A DNA stretch of 64,000 nucleotides from positions 32,001 to 96,000 of IMG/VR virus record IMGVR_UViG_3300024513_000016; one strand, written 5' to 3'. A program made the translations under genes and the position numbers. Under the pieces are notes generated by a model. It was not told the DNA's origin. It was given only the letters and a program-made list of their open reading frames with translations, and did no database searches. Below are positions 56,967 to 64,000 of the stretch, one piece after another (positions within the stretch are counted from its first letter, which is position 1; every line of letters starts with the position of its first letter). Source of the DNA: a virus.

Positions 56967-56980
56967 AGGTCTGTTGTATT

Positions 56981-57589
56981 TCATTCATCTACCCAAACAA
57001 ATCCCAAACAAGTTTTCATAAAGAACCTCGCAATCATATTTGGTTTAGTAGGCATATAATACCTGATATATCGTCCATTACCAAAAGTATAATAACCTTC
57101 GTGTTTGTTTCCTTGTTTGATTACAAAAGAGGTTTCAATACAAGAATTAACACTCAATCCAGTTCCATAAGTAAGGTTTAGTTTGAGTGGGAAGTTTCCA
57201 TTCTCTTTTGCATACTCAAAGTCCTGAATAATCCTATCAAACTTTGTGTTGTATAATTTTTCTGAAATATACTTGGATTGATGGAACTTATTTTTGGTGT
57301 TCTCAATCAGTTTATCAATCTTCTCATCAAACTCTTGTGTGATTTCATCCAGAGTTTTTGGGTTTTCTGGGATTATGAGGAGATATTTTACCTCATCAAA
57401 TCTTTCATTAGTTTCAGATATTTTCAATCCAATAGCAAAAAATAATGCCTCTACATCTTTGATAGAAGTTATTTTAGTAGTATCTACATCATACCACTTA
57501 CTTCCAATATGTAAAGTTCCTACTGGTGGAATGTAAGTATCTGATACTGGTTGTCCTATGTTTTGTTCGGTTGGTTTCCAATCAGTCAT
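56981..57589 (-). CDS. Hypothetical protein (paralog of 63093-63620)
   Basis: Shared PKTLDEI.QEFDEKIDK...HEGYYTFGN...YYMPTKPN. Confidence 0.75.
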   Translation of the reverse strand: MTDWKPTEQNIGQPVSDTYIPPVGTLHIGSKWYDVDTTKITSIKDVEALFFAIGLKISETNERFDEVKYLLIIPENPKTLDEITQEFDEKIDKLIENTKNKFHQSKYISEKLYNTKFDRIIQDFEYAKENGNFPLKLNLTYGTGLSVNSCIETSFVIKQGNKHEGYYTFGNGRYIRYYMPTKPNMIARFFMKTCLGFVWVDE

Positions 57590-57592
57590 AAA

Positions 57593-57793
57593 TCACTCCA
57601 CATAATGATACACAGGTTCTTTGTATTTTCTCAGTAGTCGTATTGATTCTTGTGCTTCTTCAAGTGTTTGGAATGTAGCATCTGAGTGAAGAACATATTT
57701 TTTTTCAGCAAGATGATAATATTGAATGAAAAAATAAGGTTTCAAAGTTTTCAAATTGAGGTCTTCTACAATTCGGTAATCATAAACTTTCAT
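57593..57793 (-). CDS. Hypothetical protein
   Basis: MKVYDYRIVED...KEPVYHYVE. Confidence 0.65.
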   Translation of the reverse strand: MKVYDYRIVEDLNLKTLKPYFFIQYYHLAEKKYVLHSDATFQTLEEAQESIRLLRKYKEPVYHYVE

Positions 57794-58011
57794 TATTTCC
57801 GTGCCTCCCAAAGTTTTCCTTCCTCACCACATCCACCATAAGGTAATCTCATATTATCACAGAATTTACGACCATTACTTTTTCCAGTCACCAGATTTTG
57901 ACTTAATACTGGATTGTGGCAAGTATCAAATATAGTTCCAGCACCAGTAAGGTGTTCAAACCAATCTTTCTTATACCACTTACAATCTTTACATAGACGA
58001 AGTTCAGTCAT
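57793..58011 (-). CDS. Small Cys-rich protein
   Basis: LCKDCKWY...C..P...C..MR...CGEEGKLWE. Confidence 0.7.
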   Translation of the reverse strand: MTELRLCKDCKWYKKDWFEHLTGAGTIFDTCHNPVLSQNLVTGKSNGRKFCDNMRLPYGGCGEEGKLWEARK

Positions 58012-58012
58012 C

Positions 58013-58213
58013 TCAAATACCTGCGTCAGCATCAATAGTGAAGTTTGGTTTTTCTGTGATGACTTCTACACTCATACTATCCATAATCACAGCAATCAAA
58101 TCCCTCACATTCTCCCTTGACTTGGGAGTATAATAACCACTCCAGTTTGATACTGCTAGAGAATGAGTGAGTGTATCAGTAATAACTGCTAATTCGTGTG
58201 CTGTCAGTTTCAT
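58013..58213 (-). CDS. Hypothetical protein
   Basis: 66 aa, coupled. Confidence 0.6.
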   Translation of the reverse strand: MKLTAHELAVITDTLTHSLAVSNWSGYYTPKSRENVRDLIAVIMDSMSVEVITEKPNFTIDADAGI

Positions 58214-58440
58214 TTCACAAAATCCTCAAGTTTAGGAATTTCACCACAATAAGAATTTACTTCTGTTGGACTTCTACCTTTGAAAGTAATACGACACTCC
58301 ATAGATTTGTCGTAGGTTTTCTGATACAAACTTTGCCTCTGCATATCGGTATAGAAATACCCGTATATCATACCAACCATAATGGTAAATCCAAGCATAA
58401 CACAGATAGCAACAAATACTTCTCTACCATCTACTTTCAT
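58210..58440 (-). CDS. Small membrane protein
   Basis: N-terminal TM helix, two Cys. Confidence 0.65.
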   Translation of the reverse strand: MKVDGREVFVAICVMLGFTIMVGMIYGYFYTDMQRQSLYQKTYDKSMECRITFKGRSPTEVNSYCGEIPKLEDFVK

Positions 58441-58452
58441 TAATTTTCTCCA

Positions 58453-58638
58453 TCAAATATCGTAGGGATGTTGGGGGTCTCTGGTCCAGAGTTTAGAATA
58501 CACCAACCATTTCTCTTGTTTGTTATCCATCTCTGCAGACCAGTGGATACCATTCTCATCAATAGCATCAAGATAATGAATACCTTTGCGGTCATCAATC
58601 ACACGGGTGACTGATACAAACTTAATTTTCTCAACCAT
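58453..58638 (-). CDS. Hypothetical protein
   Basis: KFVSVTRVIDD..GIHYLDAIDENGIHW. Confidence 0.65.
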   Translation of the reverse strand: MVEKIKFVSVTRVIDDRKGIHYLDAIDENGIHWSAEMDNKQEKWLVYSKLWTRDPQHPYDI

Positions 58639-58640
58639 AA

Positions 58641-58931
58641 TCAATTGCACATAGGAAAATAAGCAGGACCATGAAGTTCTCCATCTGGTCCCAAATAAGA
58701 CCAATCACCTTTTTCTACATCCCACCAACAATCTTTGGGATAATCATTGTGAGCATCATAGTATTTTCTCACAGCATCCCATTGTTCTGGAGACCAGTTC
58801 TTCCAGTTACTCATCTTATCAGCAAGGAAATGATTTTCAATCTTTCGTTTGATGATAGCATCAGTAGTGGTGTTGTAAATCTCAATCACATCAGAATGAT
58901 TGAGATGTAGTGTCCAAACTCGTTCAGTCAT
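58641..58931 (-). CDS. Hypothetical protein
   Basis: 96 aa, Trp-rich, coupled. Confidence 0.6.
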   Translation of the reverse strand: MTERVWTLHLNHSDVIEIYNTTTDAIIKRKIENHFLADKMSNWKNWSPEQWDAVRKYYDAHNDYPKDCWWDVEKGDWSYLGPDGELHGPAYFPMCN

Positions 58932-59173
58932 AGTTCATCATCCTCCAGTTCATCAGCAAGACGCAGTATAGCATCCTTTACCCAGTTTTGTCCTTTGATG
59001 AAATGGTGTTTTTCAATAGAAAGTTCTTTTTCTGGTCTATCCTCAATATTGAGACCTTCAACTGCTTCACGGAGAGCAGCAGCAACGGCAGAGTTATCAT
59101 AGTAATATGGTCCTGGACCCAACTTACTATAATACTCATTCATTATTTGTTGTACTCTGGATTTTCTACTCAT
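58928..59173 (-). CDS. Small protein (AAALR...LADELE family)
   Basis: AVAAALREAVE...ILRLADELE. Confidence 0.7.
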   Translation of the reverse strand: MSRKSRVQQIMNEYYSKLGPGPYYYDNSAVAAALREAVEGLNIEDRPEKELSIEKHHFIKGQNWVKDAILRLADELEDDEL

Positions 59174-59361
59174 AATGCTTCTACCTCATCAGCAATTTCA
59201 CGCAACACAGATACGGGGTCTTCAAGTTCTCCACAATCAGTGCATAACCTATCAGCAACTTCATTGATTACACGAGCAATCAATTTCTGCCTATCTTTAC
59301 TTTTGGGTCTCATAGAGAGTTCCATTGTGGATTCCAAAATTTGCAGTGCTCTAGTAGTCAT
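59170..59361 (-). CDS. Small protein (AAALR...LADELE family)
   Basis: MTTRALQIL...LIARVINEVAD...LREIADEVEAL. Confidence 0.65.
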   Translation of the reverse strand: MTTRALQILESTMELSMRPKSKDRQKLIARVINEVADRLCTDCGELEDPVSVLREIADEVEAL

Positions 59362-59623
59362 CACGATTTCTCCTGTACCATTCAAGGTCTCTTGGTCGTG
59401 CAGTAATTACACTCAAATCAAATTCAAATCTTTTGTATCGGATGAAAAATGAAAGCAACGTACTAGAGTTGATACACAAAGAAAATTCTGGGAGGATAGA
59501 ATCGGAACCAAAATCATCCCACTGAACTGTGATATCCAGTAGAGCAAACTTTTGGAATCTAAGGACTTGGAAAAACCACTCCTTCCCAAAATCTTCATAG
59601 GTTTCATAATCAAAGAGTTTCAT
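59351..59623 (-). CDS. Hypothetical protein (paralog of 60249-60491)
   Basis: EDFGKEWFFQVL...VQWDD. Confidence 0.65.
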   Translation of the reverse strand: MKLFDYETYEDFGKEWFFQVLRFQKFALLDITVQWDDFGSDSILPEFSLCINSSTLLSFFIRYKRFEFDLSVITARPRDLEWYRRNRDDY

Positions 59624-59906
59624 ACTTTGCCTCCACTTCTTTTACACGTTCCATAAAACTATCATCACCATGATCACCTGAATACAGATAATCAATGTGC
59701 CTCATAATCTCTGCCATCTTACGAAGTTTAGGGAGTTGTGCCTTCATGTATTCAATACATTCTTCATCAAAGGCAGGATAGTATTCTTCACCATAGTATC
59801 CACCATCCTCACGTTTCTGACCATTCTTGAGAATTTCTTCTTCAAGTTCATCAGCAAACTGTGCTACCTTGTAGTAATCATAATCTCCAAAATGTCCTCC
59901 ACTCAT
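59610..59906 (-). CDS. Hypothetical phage protein
   Basis: MSGGHF.Y...IDYLYSGDHGDDSF. Confidence 0.7.
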   Translation of the reverse strand: MSGGHFGDYDYYKVAQFADELEEEILKNGQKREDGGYYGEEYYPAFDEECIEYMKAQLPKLRKMAEIMRHIDYLYSGDHGDDSFMERVKEVEAKYETL

Positions 59907-60061
59907 TTTTTTAACCTCACTCGTGGTTCGATATCGTTGAGTTCATCATACAGCATCTTTGCAAACCCATAGTGGGGTCTTGTGCCAGTTTCAATACTGG
60001 TACTCGTTGCGACCGTCCACATTATATCAAGTTCTTTTTTATCTGGTAGAGGTTTCGTCAT
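59903..60061 (-). CDS. 52-aa protein
   Basis: MTKPLPDKKELDIMWTVATS...; coupled on both sides. Confidence 0.65.
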   Translation of the reverse strand: MTKPLPDKKELDIMWTVATSTSIETGTRPHYGFAKMLYDELNDIEPRVRLKK

Positions 60062-60249
60062 TTTAAATATCTTGGTTTTTCTGAGTCAAATTGGTAAAAC
60101 TTAGCATCCCTCATATTCAAACACATCAAAACTGTTTGATGCTCTCTGTCGTAAAGTTCCCAATCTTTTTTAAGTTTGGCATTATGTCTCCTTTGATAAG
60201 CACAACACCAAACATTATGGTATATCTTTGCTTTTTCGGAAATACTCAT
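60058..60249 (-). CDS. Hypothetical protein
   Basis: YHNVWCCAYQRR...REHQTVLMCL. Confidence 0.65.
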   Translation of the reverse strand: MSISEKAKIYHNVWCCAYQRRHNAKLKKDWELYDREHQTVLMCLNMRDAKFYQFDSEKPRYLK

Positions 60250-60491
60250 CAGTCATCATACTTATCGGGCCAATTATATCCAAGCAAATCAAAATCAATA
60301 CCAAGTCGGTAAACCCAAAAAAGAACAGAAAGAAGTCTGCCACAACCAGATGAAACTTGAAAATAAGGCCAACCAGCATAATCATTCCAATTCACAGAGA
60401 ATTGGAAGAAAGACCGATTTTTACCTTTTAGAACACAAAAGTAATATTCGTGTCCAAAATCTTGAATATATTTAAATTTAATAAATTTCAT
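60249..60491 (-). CDS. Hypothetical protein (paralog of 59351-59623)
   Basis: QDFGHEYYFCVL...VNWND. Confidence 0.65.
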   Translation of the reverse strand: MKFIKFKYIQDFGHEYYFCVLKGKNRSFFQFSVNWNDYAGWPYFQVSSGCGRLLSVLFWVYRLGIDFDLLGYNWPDKYDD

Positions 60492-60682
60492 TCTTCTAGT
60501 TCTTTTGCTAACTCTAGCATATCATTTTTATCAAGAACAATCAAGTTGTTTTGGGCAGTGTAAAATTGAACATTTTCAGCAGCAATACGAAGAACGGCAG
60601 CAATCAACTTTTCTTCTGTATCAGCACCAGAGTTTCTTGCTGCCCAAATCTCATCCATTAATTTTTTTGCTCTTTCATTCAT
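60488..60682 (-). CDS. Small protein (AAALR...LADELE family)
   Basis: MNERAKKLM...LIAAVLRIAAE...LELAKELEE. Confidence 0.7.
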   Translation of the reverse strand: MNERAKKLMDEIWAARNSGADTEEKLIAAVLRIAAENVQFYTAQNNLIVLDKNDMLELAKELEE

Positions 60683-60927
60683 TTTTTATTTTGTTTTTCT
60701 TCAGTTTGAGGTTTTGGTTGAGTGTAAGGAACTTTACCAGTTTCATTATACATCAAAATGTCATACTTGAACTTACATTCAAGTGGTTTTTGATTACACA
60801 TTTTAAGTGTATTATTAGTGATTGTAGTGACAGAAGTTGTACCACCAATAGCATATCCAGTGATTGCAATCAAAATCAAAATAGGATAAGCAACATAAGG
60901 TTTAATAAACATAATAATCAATCCCAA
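60679..60927 (-). CDS. Small membrane protein
   Basis: TM helix, CNQKPLECKFKYD. Confidence 0.6.
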   Translation of the reverse strand: MGLIIMFIKPYVAYPILILIAITGYAIGGTTSVTTITNNTLKMCNQKPLECKFKYDILMYNETGKVPYTQPKPQTEEKQNKK

Positions 60928-61280
60928 GAAATGTTTTCAACTAGAACTCCAGGCATCACATAAGTCCAACCAGAACCAGCAACTTTATAATCCCACTTAT
61001 ATTCATACTTATTATGACTATCCCAAGTCATATATCCTTTCTCTTTATCAAATCTACCCTTAATAGTTAGTGAAAATTTATTAGAGAAAATGTTACGGGT
61101 GCGTAAAGCACCATTTGATTCTCTAGTTTCAATCACTACGCAGGTATCTTCAAAAAAATAATTTTCTGTTTCCAATCCACAAGGAGTTTCATATCGAAAA
61201 GGACGATACCCTTTAGTTTCTTGTGCGAAAACAGGAGAAGTCAGAAGGAGTGTAGCAAGAAGAAAAATACTTTTCATCAT
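60918..61280 (-). CDS. Secreted hypothetical protein
   Basis: Signal peptide ...TSPVFA; RPFRYETPC. Confidence 0.7.
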   Translation of the reverse strand: MMKSIFLLATLLLTSPVFAQETKGYRPFRYETPCGLETENYFFEDTCVVIETRESNGALRTRNIFSNKFSLTIKGRFDKEKGYMTWDSHNKYEYKWDYKVAGSGWTYVMPGVLVENISWD

Positions 61281-61281
61281 A

Positions 61282-61488
61282 TCACTTAACAATTTGCCAG
61301 TTAAAGTCTTGTTTTTTATCTAAGGTAAATTTGTACTTACCATTCACAGAAGTCAGAAACATAAGACCATCCTTTTCATCGTCCACATAACAACTATGAA
61401 GATGGTCCATTTCTGTATCAAACCGAAGTTTTGCGACACTAGAAACAGGTTCAACACAGACAAATTTGCGTTTAATAGTTGTGGTCAT
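61282..61488 (-). CDS. Hypothetical protein
   Basis: 68 aa, FVCVEPVS...LHSCYV. Confidence 0.65.
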   Translation of the reverse strand: MTTTIKRKFVCVEPVSSVAKLRFDTEMDHLHSCYVDDEKDGLMFLTSVNGKYKFTLDKKQDFNWQIVK

Positions 61489-61646
61489 TTTTCAAGAACA
61501 ACGATATTATGAGGTGAAAAAATAGTACGTCGTAGATAAGATGCTCGAAGAACTTGCTTCAGTGTAGAAGACTCTACAAGTTCAATGTCAGAGGGGGAAA
61601 GTTCCCCCCATCGAATAGATGCGATAAAAACTTTAATCGGATTCAC
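61485..61646 (-). CDS. 53-aa protein (GTG start)
   Basis: SD GGAGG then GTG: MNPIKVFIASIRWGELSP...VVLEK; ATGA-coupled downstream. Confidence 0.6.
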   Translation of the reverse strand: MNPIKVFIASIRWGELSPSDIELVESSTLKQVLRASYLRRTIFSPHNIVVLEK

Positions 61647-61662
61647 TGCTAGACCTCCATGC

Positions 61663-61729
61663 GTATGAGAGCATCATACGACAAAACCACCTCCTTGTGG
61701 GAAGTGGTGTGCCAGTTGTTAGAGTGTCA
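61663..61729 (-). promoter_or_regulatory. Early stem-loop promoter cassette, copy 4
   Basis: GACAC-N6-AACTGGCACA-[CCACTTCC-CACAA-GGAGGTGG, N29]-TATGAT-GCTCTCATAC. Confidence 0.8.
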
Positions 61730-62125
61730 CTTTTGAATGTCAAAAGTGGGAACAGGTGCTCCACCATTACTCGGCACCATATAAACAGTACGACTGGTGT
61801 TTTCTTCACCTTGAGTAATCCACAGATACTGAAGATAAGCAGGATTACCCTTTAGACTATCTCCGATAATGGAGTTTGCCTTAGCAACACCAGTAGCACG
61901 GATGATTTCAGCATCAGCAAGTTGTTGTGCCGAATCTTTCTTTGCTTGTGCTTCAAGCACTGCAATCTGTCGGTTACTTTCGGCACGGGCAAGTTCTGCA
62001 CGACCAGTTTGAGATTGTTCCCAAACTCGGTAAATCGGACCAACGATTGCATCAATAATAAACAGAGAGAGGATAAATGCGACTGCAATTGTAATCAAAT
62101 TACGCATAAAGTTATCTTGTTTCAT
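61727..62125 (-). CDS. Membrane protein with SPFH/prohibitin-like coiled-coil C-terminus
   Basis: TM helix then AEIIRATGVAKANSIIGDSL...YLQYLWI. Confidence 0.7.
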   Translation of the reverse strand: MKQDNFMRNLITIAVAFILSLFIIDAIVGPIYRVWEQSQTGRAELARAESNRQIAVLEAQAKKDSAQQLADAEIIRATGVAKANSIIGDSLKGNPAYLQYLWITQGEENTSRTVYMVPSNGGAPVPTFDIQK

Positions 62126-62144
62126 AATTTACCTCAAATAAAGT

Positions 62145-62567
62145 TTAGGGAATAATCCAATCATAACTACCAGGAGTTTCTACACTCTCATATCCATCAT
62201 ACTCATCAATACGATAAGGACCAGAAACTTCATCAATACGAAGTTTAGCACACATTCCGTTTGCTTTGTCTTTCAGTTCTTCTACAACTTGAACCAGAGC
62301 AGGATCGTGACGGACAGCATCACCATAATACCAAGATTGTGCCGAATATGCTTTATTGTAAGCAGTTAGTTCATCTTTACTCATAGTAAGGATTTCTTTT
62401 GTGGTTTGTGGTTTCAGTCGTTGTTCAGGTGGAACTAACCAAACACTAAATCCCCACTCATTATCTTCAATCCAAACTTGTTGTCCTTTGATTTCCCAGT
62501 ATCGTTGAACTGCTTCTTTAGAGAGACCGAACCCACCGTAGCAGGCATTATAAACAACTTTAGTCAT
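62145..62567 (-). CDS. Hypothetical phage protein
   Basis: KVVYNACYGGFGLS...RHDPALVQVVEEL...IDEYDGYE. Confidence 0.8.
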   Translation of the reverse strand: MTKVVYNACYGGFGLSKEAVQRYWEIKGQQVWIEDNEWGFSVWLVPPEQRLKPQTTKEILTMSKDELTAYNKAYSAQSWYYGDAVRHDPALVQVVEELKDKANGMCAKLRIDEVSGPYRIDEYDGYESVETPGSYDWIIP

Positions 62568-62582
62568 TTCAGGTGTCTGTGT

Positions 62583-62648
62583 GTATGAGAGTATTATAAG
62601 GCATCCAGAGGCACTCAGAGCATCCCCTGTGCCAGTTCTTCAAGTGTC
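62583..62648 (-). promoter_or_regulatory. Early stem-loop promoter cassette, copy 5
   Basis: Near-identical to copy 1. Confidence 0.85.
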
Positions 62649-62747
62649 TTTACACCGATGTAATGGAATACGAAGAAACTGAAAGAACCTTCCAATATAT
62701 CCTATCTGTGCTCCACATTTAGGGCAACAATACGATGGGTAGGTCAT
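62640..62747 (-). CDS. 35-aa Cys-containing peptide
   Basis: MTYPSYCCPKCGAQIGYIGRFFQFLRIPLHRCKDT; coupled. Confidence 0.55.
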   Translation of the reverse strand: MTYPSYCCPKCGAQIGYIGRFFQFLRIPLHRCKDT

Positions 62748-62929
62748 TTCAATCCAATCAGTTTAGCAAAATCAGGAGTGATAGTAAGGTTTTGTTCTCT
62801 TACAAGATTACGAACTTCCTTACGAAGATTTATCCACTTATTGTAGTAATCTTGTGATGCTTTTTCTGCTCTGTTTTTAGCATCAAAGTCGCACTGGTGC
62901 TCGTAAGTTCTGGTTTCGTAGTATCTCAT
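62744..62929 (-). CDS. Hypothetical protein
   Basis: 61 aa, coupled. Confidence 0.6.
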   Translation of the reverse strand: MRYYETRTYEHQCDFDAKNRAEKASQDYYNKWINLRKEVRNLVREQNLTITPDFAKLIGLK

Positions 62930-63096
62930 TTTTCATCCTTTCGTGGTTCTTTACCTTTACACCAAATCGTATGAAGTTCATCAACACGATTTTCCCAAAT
63001 CATAGTATCTACAATATAGTCATATGGGGTTTCATAAGTGTCTTCATACACTTCTCTAATGAAGATAGATTTATTTACTGATTGGGGGTATTTCAT
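62926..63096 (-). CDS. 56-aa protein
   Basis: MKYPQSVNKSIFIREVYED...; coupled on both sides. Confidence 0.6.
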   Translation of the reverse strand: MKYPQSVNKSIFIREVYEDTYETPYDYIVDTMIWENRVDELHTIWCKGKEPRKDEK

Positions 63097-63620
63097 TTCT
63101 CACTCACCCAAATAAAAGATAGGCAATTTTTCATAAACCAACGAGTAATAGCATTCGGTTTAGTCGGCATATAATACCTGAAAGACCTACAATTACCGAA
63201 TGTATAATATCCTTCGTGGTTATTTCCTTGTTTGATTACAAAACTGGAAGTAATATTACTACCAGTCGCAGTAAGTTTAGAGTAATCTAATTTTGCTGGA
63301 AAACTTCCATTCCTGCGAGCATACTCAATATCCTCAATAATCTTGGTAATCTTTTTACTAAACTGATACTCTTGACGATATTTGAGTTGTGCGAACTTAT
63401 ACTCTACATCCTCAATCTGTTTATCAATCTTCTCATCAAACTCTTGTGAGATTTCTTCCAGAGTTTTAGGTTTCTCTGGAATATCAAGATAAGGTTTGAT
63501 TACATCAAAATACTCATAATCTTCGGTGTAATAAAAAGCACCAACAAAATAAGGAAGAATAATTTGAGGTGCTCCTTTGAGTTTGTTTGGGTTGAGTTTA
63601 TATCCTATTCTTTCAGTCAT
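63093..63620 (-). CDS. Hypothetical protein (paralog of 56981-57589)
   Basis: Shared C-terminal two-thirds. Confidence 0.75.
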   Translation of the reverse strand: MTERIGYKLNPNKLKGAPQIILPYFVGAFYYTEDYEYFDVIKPYLDIPEKPKTLEEISQEFDEKIDKQIEDVEYKFAQLKYRQEYQFSKKITKIIEDIEYARRNGSFPAKLDYSKLTATGSNITSSFVIKQGNNHEGYYTFGNCRSFRYYMPTKPNAITRWFMKNCLSFIWVSEK

Positions 63621-63763
63621 TTTCTAATCACAGCAATTACTTTACGATTTGGATACTTCTCTACAATTATATCACGAGCATTCTCATAATCATTAGCATC
63701 CTTTACGGTTTCATAATACACAGTTTTATCTGCGTCATCCCAAGTTTGAACTTCGTAAGTCAT
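63617..63763 (-). CDS. 48-aa protein, copy 2
   Basis: Three substitutions relative to 54300-54446. Confidence 0.75.
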   Translation of the reverse strand: MTYEVQTWDDADKTVYYETVKDANDYENARDIIVEKYPNRKVIAVIRK

Positions 63764-63972
63764 AATCCTCTGCGTGATACTTCTTCATTTAATTCCCAAC
63801 CAGAATCGTGCCCTACTTTGAAACCTTTAGTATAACCCTCATTATAAAGTTCTCGGGCAAACTTCAAGAAGTCATCTTCATCACATTCCCAGTAAATGTC
63901 GTGTGTTGTTTTACTTATGTGCCTATCAAACCCATAGGTTTTAGCAAGTTCACGGATTTGTTCTTCACTCAT
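63760..63972 (-). CDS. Small protein (EEQI...KFA family)
   Basis: TYGFDRHISKTTHDIYWECDE identical to 55558-55764. Confidence 0.7.
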   Translation of the reverse strand: MSEEQIRELAKTYGFDRHISKTTHDIYWECDEDDFLKFARELYNEGYTKGFKVGHDSGWELNEEVSRRGL

Positions 63973-64000
63973 AATGCCTCCACATCACCATTAATAATGT

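Noticed and set aside
59981-59990. Sixth copy of the TGTGCCAGTT promoter motif
   Set aside because: Lies inside a coding region (ETGT) and lacks both the GACAC box and a -10 at 29 nt.
54300-63763. Duplicated 147-bp gene as a diversity-generating retroelement TR/VR pair
   Set aside because: Only three differences, not all at adenines, and no reverse transcriptase in the window.

Overview
This window is an AT-rich segment of a T4-like cyanomyovirus (Kyanoviridae-type cyanophage) genome. Positions 1-36 kb (minus strand) hold tail fibre, virion and baseplate genes (gp5, gp26, gp51, hub and tube-like proteins), a glycine-rich fibre/2OG-Fe(II) oxygenase cassette, and cp12. Positions 36-40.4 kb (plus strand) hold a GIY-YIG endonuclease, g4, g2, g48 and a split g53. 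Positions 40.4-54 kb (minus strand) hold g32, g59, g33, an exonuclease, phoH, thyX, glutaredoxin, gnd, talC and psbD, with psbD flanked by two HNH endonucleases. Positions 54-64 kb are a hyperplastic early region of small, partly paralogous ORFs driven by five copies of a fixed-geometry stem-loop promoter. The most striking feature is a tandem glutamine-type riboswitch upstream of a DUF4278-like gene: its first aptamer carries a complete 68-codon ORF inside the P2 loop, and the two ends of that ORF base-pair to extend the stem. All family assignments come from motif recognition by eye; no database searches were run. No tRNA, rRNA, CRISPR array or reverse transcriptase was seen.
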